Source: Promethearchaeota archaeon
GTDB taxonomy: Archaea > Asgardarchaeota > Heimdallarchaeia > Hodarchaeales > Hodarchaeaceae
DNA: 64,000 nucleotides
Reading direction: 5' to 3'
Assembly (NCBI GenBank): GCA_048938105.1
Contig: JBHLMN010000007.1
Location: forward strand, 128,001 to 192,000
Part shown: positions 55,636-64,000 of the stretch, piece after piece
Layout: each line of letters begins with the position of its first letter
How positions within the stretch are numbered: position 1 is the first letter of the stretch
Position numbers and translations under genes: made by a program
The notes under the pieces: model-generated
Told to the model about the DNA's origin: nothing
The model's database searches: none
What the model saw: only the letters and a program-made list of their open reading frames with translations

Positions 55636-58635
55636 TTAACGTCTTCTTCGCAAAAAAACAAGAATTAATAACATGGTTGAACCTACTATTAAATAAGAAA
55701 ACCCTGGTGATACATTAGGCTGTTCACTAGTCGTTGTTGAGGTGGATTCTGGCTCTGTCGTAGTAGGTTTCGTAGTTGTAGGTGGAATTGTAGTTGTAGG
55801 TCCGCTGGATTCAGGCTCAGGTATCTCAACTGTGAACCAAATAACAATAGATTTACCAGTATTACCCATAAGATCGCTGGCATAGAGAACAATCCTATGT
55901 GAACCTTCTGATAATGACTCTAACAAAGTGTTCCCTGTGATAGTCACATTAATGGATCTATCGAGAGAGTACCCGATCCAGGAAGTGGGTTCGTCGATTG
56001 TGAAATTAAGCCATATGTCAGTCATGTTATATGTTGTACTATTGGTCGGATTGGTTAAGATTATACTTGGAGCAAGAGTGTCCACTGTGAACCAAACAGT
56101 GCTAGATTCACCAGTATTACCCACAAGATCAGTTGCATAGAGAACAACCCTATGTGAACCTTCTGATAATGACCCTAACAAAGTGTTCTCTATGATAGTC
56201 CCATTAGCAGATCCATCAAGAGAGTACCCAATCCATGATGTAGGTTCATTAATTGAGAAATTTAACCAGATGTTACTTTCTGCATAAGAACTATTGGTTG
56301 GACTGATGATGACAATTTCTGGTGAAATTGGGTCAAAAAATTGGCCCCAAGTTCGGAATTCAAAGTCGAAATCTAGAAGTGGCGAACTGCTAACACCACG
56401 ATAATAATTAGATCCTGAATATCCACGCCAAAAATATCGATTATCGACATTGGGAGATGGGCTATCACTCCAAACATAGATGAAATAGGATTGACCTGGA
56501 ATCAGGGAGAGCGATGAAGGTACTAAAATAGGAACCCAACCTGTGACACTATCTGCTTCTAACACAGTGGTTTGCCATAGGGTATTTTGGCCATCAGTGA
56601 TGTTAACCAGCACATTCCCAGGATTTCCATTTTTCTGCAGATAGAGATCAATTTGAGTAAGATTAGCATACAAGGGAACAAATTCTTGCCACTGAATAAC
56701 TGTCTCCTCAAACCAATAACCGTAGTTTAATCCATCTTGTGCCTGATCTAGATATACACTTCTATCACAGACCAAACTTACTGTTCTAAATGTGAAATCA
56801 AAATCTGGAGCTGAAGTAATACTACTAATACCTCGTGTATAATTAGAGTTAAGATGTCCATCCCAAAAATAGCGATTACTTGCAGATGCGGAATCTGTAT
56901 CACTCCCTACGTAAATATAATAGGACTGATCTGGAATCAAAGGGATTGTTAAATTTGTTGGAATAATTACCCATCCGCCAGTAATATCAGCTTCTGATAG
57001 AAGAGTCTGCCATATAGTTTTTTGACCATCGGTAATATTTACTAACATGTTTCCAGGATTTCCCGATTTTTGGATGTTGAGATCTATCTGAGTTAGAGTA
57101 GGATAAAAGGGTTTAAACTCTTGCCATCGAATAACTGTGTCATCAAACCAATATCCATAATCCTCTTCTTCTTGTACTTGATCTAAGAATAAACTAATAT
57201 CACTTGATTGAGTCCATACCCGAAAAGCATAATCATAGGTCGGCCAACCTGATTGGACATTGGTGTCACCAAAGGTATAACTGGAAGTTATATGACCCAT
57301 CCAAGCATAATAATGTGTTCCTGGAACGTGAGGATCCACACTACGGACATAAATGTAATATGAATTACCTGGAATTAAGGGAAGGGTTGATGGGAAAGAA
57401 ATACTTACCCAACCTCCAGGCGCGGGAATCTCTGCTTCTAAGATAGTGGTATTCCAGATGGTAGCTTGACCATCTGTGATATTGACTAGAACATCCCCAG
57501 GGTCACCTGTCCTCTGGATATTAAGATCAAGTTGAGTTAATGTTGAAAATACTGGTTTAAATTCTTGCCATGCATTCCATGAATCACTAAAAACAAACCC
57601 ATAATTCACATCTTCCTGTGCTTGATCAAGGTAGGTAGCTGGATCACTGGGAATACTCCATGTTCTAAATGCAAAATCGAACGTTGGCCAACCAGCTGCT
57701 ACGCTATTTGTCCCACGATAATAATTTGAATTAGTGCTACCGTCCCAGAAATATTTATCCGTTGTGGTACTATTAGTATCACTATTTACATAAATAAAAT
57801 AGGATCGTTCTGGAATCAGAGGGAGTGCAGGATTTATTGATATATTTAACCAACCCCAAGGAAGTACAATATCTGCTTCCAACACAGTAGTGTGCCACAA
57901 AGTCCTTTCTCCATCTGAAATGTTAACTAATAAATTCCCTGGATTCCCATTTTTAACAATATAGAGATCTAAACGTGTCAAAGTTGAATATAATGGTTTG
58001 AATTCTTGCCAGCGGAATCCGTTAGCGTCAAACAAAAACCCATATGTATGTGAATTCTGGATTTGATCTAAATAGATTTCTCTGTCATTTGAGAGACTCC
58101 ATGTTACAAATGTGAAATCAAAATCTGGAGCTGAAGTAATACTACTAATACCTCGTGTATAATTAGAGTTAAGATGTCCATCCCAAACATAGCGATTACT
58201 TGGTGAAGTGGAATCTATATCACTCCTTACGTAGATGTAATATGACTGCTCTGGGATCAAGGGAAGAGCTGATTCCAGTGAGATATTCACCCATATGGCT
58301 CCACTGGCAATATCTGCTTCTAAAACAGTAGTATTCCAAAGACTTTTGAGGCCATCAGTAATATTGACGAGGATATTTCCAGGATTACCATTCTTATCAA
58401 CATTTAGATCTAGGCGAGTTAAAGTAGAATAAAGTGGTCTGAACTCTTGCCAGCGAATTGCTGTGTCATCAAACCAATAGCCGTAGTTCTCTTCCCCCTG
58501 CGTTTGGTCTAGATCTTCACCAATCTCATATGCACCTAGTGTTTGAATTGCAGATAAACCAGATAAAATTAATGAGAACATTACTAAAATCATAAAATTT
58601 GATTTTTTTTGTCTTTTGTTAAAGAATTTTAGCAT
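55636..58635 (-). CDS. 999-aa surface protein: signal peptide, 5 x ~146-aa repeats, 2 Ig-like domains, Thr/Pro linker, PGF-CTERM-type anchor
   Basis: Repeats LDQxQ...YG...WQEFxP...LTxxDL...GNPG..LVNI.DG...LIP..SY.IYV.S...Y.W.G...Y..G...DF.F..W; two WLNF.I.EPTSWIGYSLD units; SPGF-TM-RRRR. Confidence 0.9.
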   Translation of the reverse strand: MLKFFNKRQKKSNFMILVMFSLILSGLSAIQTLGAYEIGEDLDQTQGEENYGYWFDDTAIRWQEFRPLYSTLTRLDLNVDKNGNPGNILVNITDGLKSLWNTTVLEADIASGAIWVNISLESALPLIPEQSYYIYVRSDIDSTSPSNRYVWDGHLNSNYTRGISSITSAPDFDFTFVTWSLSNDREIYLDQIQNSHTYGFLFDANGFRWQEFKPLYSTLTRLDLYIVKNGNPGNLLVNISDGERTLWHTTVLEADIVLPWGWLNISINPALPLIPERSYFIYVNSDTNSTTTDKYFWDGSTNSNYYRGTNSVAAGWPTFDFAFRTWSIPSDPATYLDQAQEDVNYGFVFSDSWNAWQEFKPVFSTLTQLDLNIQRTGDPGDVLVNITDGQATIWNTTILEAEIPAPGGWVSISFPSTLPLIPGNSYYIYVRSVDPHVPGTHYYAWMGHITSSYTFGDTNVQSGWPTYDYAFRVWTQSSDISLFLDQVQEEEDYGYWFDDTVIRWQEFKPFYPTLTQIDLNIQKSGNPGNMLVNITDGQKTIWQTLLSEADITGGWVIIPTNLTIPLIPDQSYYIYVGSDTDSASASNRYFWDGHLNSNYTRGISSITSAPDFDFTFRTVSLVCDRSVYLDQAQDGLNYGYWFEETVIQWQEFVPLYANLTQIDLYLQKNGNPGNVLVNITDGQNTLWQTTVLEADSVTGWVPILVPSSLSLIPGQSYFIYVWSDSPSPNVDNRYFWRGYSGSNYYRGVSSSPLLDFDFEFRTWGQFFDPISPEIVIISPTNSSYAESNIWLNFSINEPTSWIGYSLDGSANGTIIENTLLGSLSEGSHRVVLYATDLVGNTGESSTVWFTVDTLAPSIILTNPTNSTTYNMTDIWLNFTIDEPTSWIGYSLDRSINVTITGNTLLESLSEGSHRIVLYASDLMGNTGKSIVIWFTVEIPEPESSGPTTTIPPTTTKPTTTEPESTSTTTSEQPNVSPGFSYLIVGSTMLLILVFLRRRR
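55830..56335 (-). repeat. Two tandem Ig-like domain repeats (~85 aa), similar at the DNA level
   Basis: catagagaacaa(t/c)cctatgtgaaccttctgataatgac occurs near 55881 and 56136; boundaries approximate. Confidence 0.8.
56340..58512 (-). repeat. Five intragenic tandem repeats of 435-444 bp
   Basis: LDQ unit starts at about 58512, 58071, 57630, 57186 and 56751. Confidence 0.9.
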
Positions 58636-58831
58636 ATTTATTATAATCTCCTTTCAAATAAAGTGTCGGGTTTGGACTTCTCTTTCTCGATGTTTAAAAA
58701 ATTTACCAAATGAAGAATTTTCCATTATTTGAAAAATCATGGAATCCCAACACTAAAGAGTTTGGATTGATCTTTAGTAGTAAAGATAGTGCTACGAGAA
58801 AGTGAAAAAATAAGTGTTATGGGGAAAATTT

Positions 58832-59872
58832 ATGCCAATTAAAACCAATATTACTAAAATGTTGGGGATTAAACATCCTATTATTGCAGCACCAATGGCT
58901 CCTTTCCATACCACTGAGTTAACTATTGCTGTTTCTGAAGCGGGGGGATTAGGCGTACTCTCTCAAATTGGCCTCCTAGACGAAGACAGAAATCCTGTTG
59001 ATGAAATGAAAAAGAATATGCTATATATTGTTGATCATACAGACAAGCCATTTGGATTTAATGTTCGAACTTCTAGATTAGAACCCTTTGCATCTGCTTT
59101 ATGCTCAGAAATCCCTAAATTTATTCTAGAGAATCAAAGAATTAGAGAGCAGTGTGTATATGCTTTAACAAGCGCAGGATCAGCAAAACCACTTCCAAGT
59201 TCTAGATCTTTTCAGGAGTTGAAAAAGAATTCTCAGATTCAGCATTTTCATGTTGCACCAGCCTTATGGTTAGCTGAAAAATGTGTGGCTGCTGGAGTAG
59301 ACGGATTAGTAGTTACAGGTAATGAGGGGGGTGGACACCAATCATATGAAAAAGTGAGTACCTTGGTGCTTCTTCAGCAAGTACAGCAACAATTTCCAGA
59401 CATACCACGAATTGCTTGTGGTGGATTTGCTTCAGGTGAGGGATTAGCTGCTGCTCTATCACTTGGGGCAGGTGCAATAGCGATGGGATCCCGATTTATT
59501 GCTTCCAGAGAATGTGAATTTCATGATACATATAAAAGCGTTATTCCACCTGCTAAAGCTCAAGACACCATACTGGTTACAGGAATATTAGGGCCTATTC
59601 GTCTCTGGAAGAATAAATATAGTCTTCATCACGATTTGGTCGCTAATCGAGAAGAAAAATTGGTTAAAGAATCAAGAATGGCCACTGAAGAACTTGCATC
59701 AGCTGCAAGGGCATATGACTTGGCTTATCAGGGGAATGTAGAGGATGGAGCTGTTCTTCTAGGCCAATCGATCGGTCTGATAAATAGGATTGAAAGAGTG
59801 TCAGATATAATTGAAAGAATAGTGAAAGACGCTGAAAAAGCTATCAAAAAGGCAAAAAGTTATTTTAACTGA
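58832..59872 (+). CDS. Nitronate monooxygenase / FabK-like FMN oxidoreductase
   Basis: PIIAAPM, VSEAGGLG, KPFGFN, GNEGGGH, ACGG, LGAGAIAMGSRF, GQSIGLI. Confidence 0.9.
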   Translation: MPIKTNITKMLGIKHPIIAAPMAPFHTTELTIAVSEAGGLGVLSQIGLLDEDRNPVDEMKKNMLYIVDHTDKPFGFNVRTSRLEPFASALCSEIPKFILENQRIREQCVYALTSAGSAKPLPSSRSFQELKKNSQIQHFHVAPALWLAEKCVAAGVDGLVVTGNEGGGHQSYEKVSTLVLLQQVQQQFPDIPRIACGGFASGEGLAAALSLGAGAIAMGSRFIASRECEFHDTYKSVIPPAKAQDTILVTGILGPIRLWKNKYSLHHDLVANREEKLVKESRMATEELASAARAYDLAYQGNVEDGAVLLGQSIGLINRIERVSDIIERIVKDAEKAIKKAKSYFN

Positions 59873-59985
59873 AATAACCGTATCCCTTTTTAGAATTATT
59901 AAAACCATGAGAAATTAGATCACTCATCAACCATCAAATCCATTTTTTTATACCTCTTACTAAAGAACTTCCAGCTATTGGTCTT

Positions 59986-61950
59986 TCAAGTATTTTGAAA
60001 AAGAACCTGGTGAAAAAAGGCTGCTTCTCTTGTCAATGCATCAATATTATTTTCCTTTTTCCTAAAACCATGAGCCTCTCCTTCATATTCAATGTACTCA
60101 TTAAGGATTCCTTTTTCTTTAAGAATCTCTGCCACCTCACGAGATACTTCAGGTACGACAACTTTATCATCTTTACCTTGAAATAAAATCATCGGTGATT
60201 TTAATCTATCTAAGTGATTAATTGGTGAACGTTCTTTGTAGATTTGTTCACCCTCAGGATCGGACAGAGGTTTTCCCATTAACCAATCAATGTATCTTGA
60301 TTCAAATTTATGAATTAGTTTAGTTAGAGTGATTAAATTCCCAATTCCATAATAACTCGCTCCTACTTGAAATGTATCTGGGAATAATGTTAATACACGT
60401 TGTACTGCATATCCTCCTGCGCTTCCTCCTGTGATAGCTACTTTTTGAGTAACAATTCCTTGTTGCAGTAGGTAATCAACGGCATCTTTAATGTCTTGAG
60501 CATCGATGACACCCCATGTTCCTTTTAATGCGTCTCTATACTGTCTTCCATAAGATGTACTTCCTCGATAATCAAGATCAATGATAGCATATCCTTGATT
60601 AGTCCAAAACTGCTTTGTTAATGTATACCCTCTCTTTGCTCTTGCGGTAGGCCCTCCATGAACCATAACGATTAATGGTGGTTTGTCTCCTTCAGGGGCA
60701 ATATAATTCTTATTTTTTGGCAAATATAATAGACCATAGGCTCTCTTTCCATCGGAAGTTGGATATTCAAGATGTTGAGGTATAGAGATGTCCTGTTCTG
60801 AAAGAGGATTTGTGAAACATGATTTAATAATGTCATAAGTCATTGATTGAAGATCAAGCTTAACAAGAGTAGAAGGTTTATTGAAACTATTACCAAAAAA
60901 TACAATTTCATGTTCCGAATAAGCCTGAATTCCATAATAGTCATCAAAAGGTGACTGGAGTGTTTCTAAAACCCTTGTTATAGGGTCGATTAAGGCAAGA
61001 AAGCTTTGCCCTTTCTTTTCATAATTTGCTACAATTCGTCCACTACTAGGCAAAAAATCCCAGCTCATGAATCGAAAAACCCACATTGGTAATCCAAACT
61101 CTGCAAGTTCCTGTGTGATCGCTCTTATTTCACCATCATCATACTGGTAGAGATTCCACCAATTTTTCGGGCTTTCTTCTGGTTGACCCTCTTCGTCCAT
61201 GACAAAGAAGACACTCCCGCTACGGTTGAATCGAATTGCACCGACAGAAATCCCATTTCCCCCTATAATAATTTTCTCAGACCCTGGTACAATAGACTTG
61301 TCCTTAAAATCAGCCAGTACGAGTTCTGTGGAGTTCCATGGCATATTAGGATGATTAAATTGTATCCAAGCAATTTGCCTCCCATCTGGAGAGATTATAG
61401 GATCAAAATAGAAGTCTTTTCCTTCCACTATAACTGTAGGCTCTTGAATAACATTTTTAGTAATATCAAGGTAAGCAATATAGTTTTCATTCTCTTTTTC
61501 TACGAATTCTTTCTCATAAACAAAGATAAGCACATTCTCATCTGGGGTTAAAACTGGGGCTGCATATTTCCCTAAAGAGCCATCCTCATTTTTCTCGGGG
61601 GTTAATGGGACTGGTGATTCGTTTATTCCAATTTTTTTTTGATAGAGACGCTGATCATTGAAATTAACATAGAAGACATTCCTTTCACCTACCTCCCAAC
61701 ACATGCCACCATATTCATGAACACGAGTTCGGACATTTGCATCTGTAGGTAAGACATCAAAAACACCCCCCTTATCGTTTTGACAAACGAGGGCGACTCT
61801 ACCATTCTCTGCAGGACGCAATTCAGACCAATAGATATTATCATTAACAATTTTAATATCATTGAAAGATATTGTATCTTCAAAAACCTGTTCGGGTGTT
61901 ATATTGGAAATCCATTCATGATAAGGTTTCATCTGTTTATTTTTTACCAT
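59986..61950 (-). CDS. S9 family peptidase (prolyl oligopeptidase/acylaminoacyl-peptidase-like)
   Basis: RTRVHEYGG, VHGGPT, DYRGSTSYG, GGSAGG, QGKDDKVV, EAHGF. Confidence 0.93.
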   Translation of the reverse strand: MVKNKQMKPYHEWISNITPEQVFEDTISFNDIKIVNDNIYWSELRPAENGRVALVCQNDKGGVFDVLPTDANVRTRVHEYGGMCWEVGERNVFYVNFNDQRLYQKKIGINESPVPLTPEKNEDGSLGKYAAPVLTPDENVLIFVYEKEFVEKENENYIAYLDITKNVIQEPTVIVEGKDFYFDPIISPDGRQIAWIQFNHPNMPWNSTELVLADFKDKSIVPGSEKIIIGGNGISVGAIRFNRSGSVFFVMDEEGQPEESPKNWWNLYQYDDGEIRAITQELAEFGLPMWVFRFMSWDFLPSSGRIVANYEKKGQSFLALIDPITRVLETLQSPFDDYYGIQAYSEHEIVFFGNSFNKPSTLVKLDLQSMTYDIIKSCFTNPLSEQDISIPQHLEYPTSDGKRAYGLLYLPKNKNYIAPEGDKPPLIVMVHGGPTARAKRGYTLTKQFWTNQGYAIIDLDYRGSTSYGRQYRDALKGTWGVIDAQDIKDAVDYLLQQGIVTQKVAITGGSAGGYAVQRVLTLFPDTFQVGASYYGIGNLITLTKLIHKFESRYIDWLMGKPLSDPEGEQIYKERSPINHLDRLKSPMILFQGKDDKVVVPEVSREVAEILKEKGILNEYIEYEGEAHGFRKKENNIDALTREAAFFHQVLFQNT

Positions 61951-62089
61951 CTTAAGCACCACGTAAGGAAGTCTTGTAGAATGTATGTTAATTCATGAAG
62001 CTTTTTACATGATTTTAATTGAAATTGGTTATTAATATATTAGACATATTTAGAATTATAATCCTAGAGCTGAAAAATCTGGATCCTCT

Positions 62090-62260
62090 TTAGTAGCTAA
62101 AATGTTGTTCATCTAATTTTTGACACACATTATCAACTTTCACACGAGTATGGCTAACAGGAACAACTATATGACCATGTTCTGCTAATCCAATGGTAAG
62201 AGCTTCTCCTATTCCACTAGATCCACCGAATATAACTATAACATTCTCATTGGTTTTCAA
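62090..62260 (-). pseudogene. Truncated short-chain dehydrogenase (N-terminal Rossmann fragment only)
   Basis: GGAGG RBS then TTG 62260; VIVIFGGSSGIGEALTIGLAEHG; stop after 56 aa with no room for the remainder. Confidence 0.65.
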
Positions 62261-62626
62261 ATACAATCCTCCAATAAATTGTGCTTCAAAACACAAAATA
62301 GATGATAAGATTTTTCTTCATTGATATTGAATCCTTTGCTGTGATAATTTCCATCTTCTTTGCTTTATTCAACCATTCTTCTATTTCTTCTCTAATAAAG
62401 GGCCAAGATTCGCTCAATATGAAAACCTTTATGAATTCTAGATTAATGTTTCACTTTCTACTTCTCAATTAGCTATAATTTCACATGTTAATCTGTTCCA
62501 GATCAAAATATAGATAAAATATGCCAAATGATATGGGAGCTCTATAAAAATAATAAACATAATCTTCGCTTAGAAATATTCCTCTCGGAAATCCAAAAAT
62601 AAATATCCTATTTATGTGATAAAATT

Positions 62627-64000
62627 ATGAGATCAGCCAATTCTGACGAAGCTACATCTTCTAAAGATTTTATTCGAAAAATGATTTCAGAAGATGTTAA
62701 AAACAATAAAAATAATGGCCGAGTCCATACTCGATTCCCTCCTGAACCCAATGGTTGGTTACACATTGGTCATGCGAAATCAATTCATCTCAATTTTAGT
62801 ATTGCAAGTGAATTCAATGGATTATGCAATTTACGGTTTGATGACACGGATCCTGCTAAAGAAAGCATGGAATATGTAGAGGCAATTAAAAAAGATATTC
62901 AGTGGCTCGGGTTCGATTGGGAAGATAGACTCTATTTTGCATCGGATTATTTTGAACAATTATATCAATTTGCTATAGAATTAATTAAAACTGGAAAGGC
63001 TTATGTTTGTGATTTAAGTGTAGAAGAAATTAAAGCTCAAAGGGGAACATCAGATGAGCCAGGGAAAGAAAGTCCATATCGTAACCGATCAGTAAAAGAA
63101 AATCTTGATCTATTTGAAAAGATGCGTAAGGGGGAGTTTAAGGATGGTTCCCGCGTATTGAGGGCAAAAATAGACATGAAATCTCCTAATATGTTAATGC
63201 GTGACCCAATAATGTACCGAATAAAGAGGGAACCGCATTATAGAACAGGGGACAAGTGGGTCATATATCCCAGTTATGATTATACTCATGGTCAATCAGA
63301 CGCCATCGAAGGAATTACTCATTCAATCTGCTCATTAGAATTTGAAACACATAGACCTCTATATAATTGGTATAGGGACCAACTCCTTTCTTTAAACATG
63401 CTTAAATACTGTCCAGAACAAATTGAATTTTCACGACTAAACTTAACATTTACGGTTATGAGTAAACGACGTTTATTAGAATTAGTTGAAAATAGGCAAG
63501 TATCAGGATGGGATGATCCTCGAATGCCCACACTTGCGGGTTTACGTAGACGTGGTTTTCCTCCAGAAGCAATCAGAAATTTTTTAGCTAAAGTCGGAAT
63601 ATCAAAAAGAGAGAATTACATAGATGTAGGCCTTTTAGAAGCCTGCGTCCGTGAAGAAATGGATAAAAAATGCGATCGTGTAATGGCTGTACTGCATCCC
63701 TTAAAGATTGTGATTCAGAATTATCCAGAGGATAAGGTTGAAGAACTAGATGCCCCTAATCATCCCAAAAATCCAGATAGAGGTTCACGGAAAATACCAT
63801 TTTCACGAGTACTATACATTGAACATGGCGATTTTCTTGAAGAACCTCCAAAGAAATTCTATCGACTTGCGCCTGGAAGAGAGGTTCGACTTCGATATGC
63901 ATATTATATAAAATGTATTAATGTAATTAAAGATGAAAAATCGGGGGAGATAATAGAATTGCATGCAACATTTGATCCTGAAACCAAAGGAGGATTTGCT
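62627..64000 (+). CDS. glnS: Glutamine--tRNA ligase, bacterial type (3' end beyond the window)
   Basis: Manual translation: [99 protein letters not shown]; 458 open codons to the edge. Confidence 0.95.
   Translation, partial: MRSANSDEATSSKDFIRKMISEDVKNNKNNGRVHTRFPPEPNGWLHIGHAKSIHLNFSIASEFNGLCNLRFDDTDPAKESMEYVEAIKKDIQWLGFDWEDRLYFASDYFEQLYQFAIELIKTGKAYVCDLSVEEIKAQRGTSDEPGKESPYRNRSVKENLDLFEKMRKGEFKDGSRVLRAKIDMKSPNMLMRDPIMYRIKREPHYRTGDKWVIYPSYDYTHGQSDAIEGITHSICSLEFETHRPLYNWYRDQLLSLNMLKYCPEQIEFSRLNLTFTVMSKRRLLELVENRQVSGWDDPRMPTLAGLRRRGFPPEAIRNFLAKVGISKRENYIDVGLLEACVREEMDKKCDRVMAVLHPLKIVIQNYPEDKVEELDAPNHPKNPDRGSRKIPFSRVLYIEHGDFLEEPPKKFYRLAPGREVRLRYAYYIKCINVIKDEKSGEIIELHATFDPETKGGFA

Noticed and set aside
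56788-58202. Diversity-generating retroelement TR/VR pair
   Set aside because: Both copies are coding repeats in one gene, flanking mismatches are not adenine-specific, and no reverse transcriptase is in the window
1200-61998. Numerous 60-175 aa ORFs nested in or antisense to annotated genes (e.g. 10038, 13901, 35509, 38342, 40946, 61183)
   Set aside because: They overlap well-supported genes and show no motifs; consistent with shadow ORFs
62694-63531. ORFs 62694..62879 (+) and 63319..63531 (-)
   Set aside because: Out-of-frame and antisense shadows inside glnS
1-64000. tRNA, rRNA, IS elements, integrases, prophage or defence systems
   Set aside because: No GC-rich structured RNA segment, terminal inverted repeats or hallmark proteins seen by eye; a covariance-model scan could still find small ncRNAs

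Overview
AT-rich, gene-dense archaeal chromosomal segment. By inference it is an Asgard archaeon, probably Heimdallarchaeia/Hodarchaeales-like: it has an HMf-fold histone with a Lys-rich N-terminal tail, three PGF-CTERM-type surface proteins, a tungsten-family AOR, archaeal TATA boxes and oligo-T terminators. I annotate about 53 CDS. Two are cut by the window edges and missing from the ORF track: a degenerate CPBP/Abi membrane protein (<1..906, -) and a bacterial-type glutaminyl-tRNA synthetase (62627..>64000, +). Contents include NAD salvage, a Zn/Mn ABC importer with a DtxR-like regulator, AOR plus ferredoxin, a fatty-acid catabolic cluster, three ABC exporter modules, several peptidases and a 999-aa five-repeat surface protein. 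I saw no rRNA, tRNA, CRISPR array, transposase, integrase or reverse transcriptase. Best candidate for an undescribed system: a co-oriented metallophosphoesterase -> Eis-type acetyltransferase -> tailed histone (KKTPAKKAAPKPAK) locus, a possible archaeal histone-tail modification module (hypothesis only). Other highlights: GlnRS in an archaeon, a TIM with a rebuilt catalytic lid loop, a tandem pair of unrecognised four-Cys proteins sharing a promoter motif next to a J-domain-less membrane DnaJ, and a near-identical ~95-nt patch between repeats of the surface protein. All family calls are from motif recognition by eye; no database searches were run.
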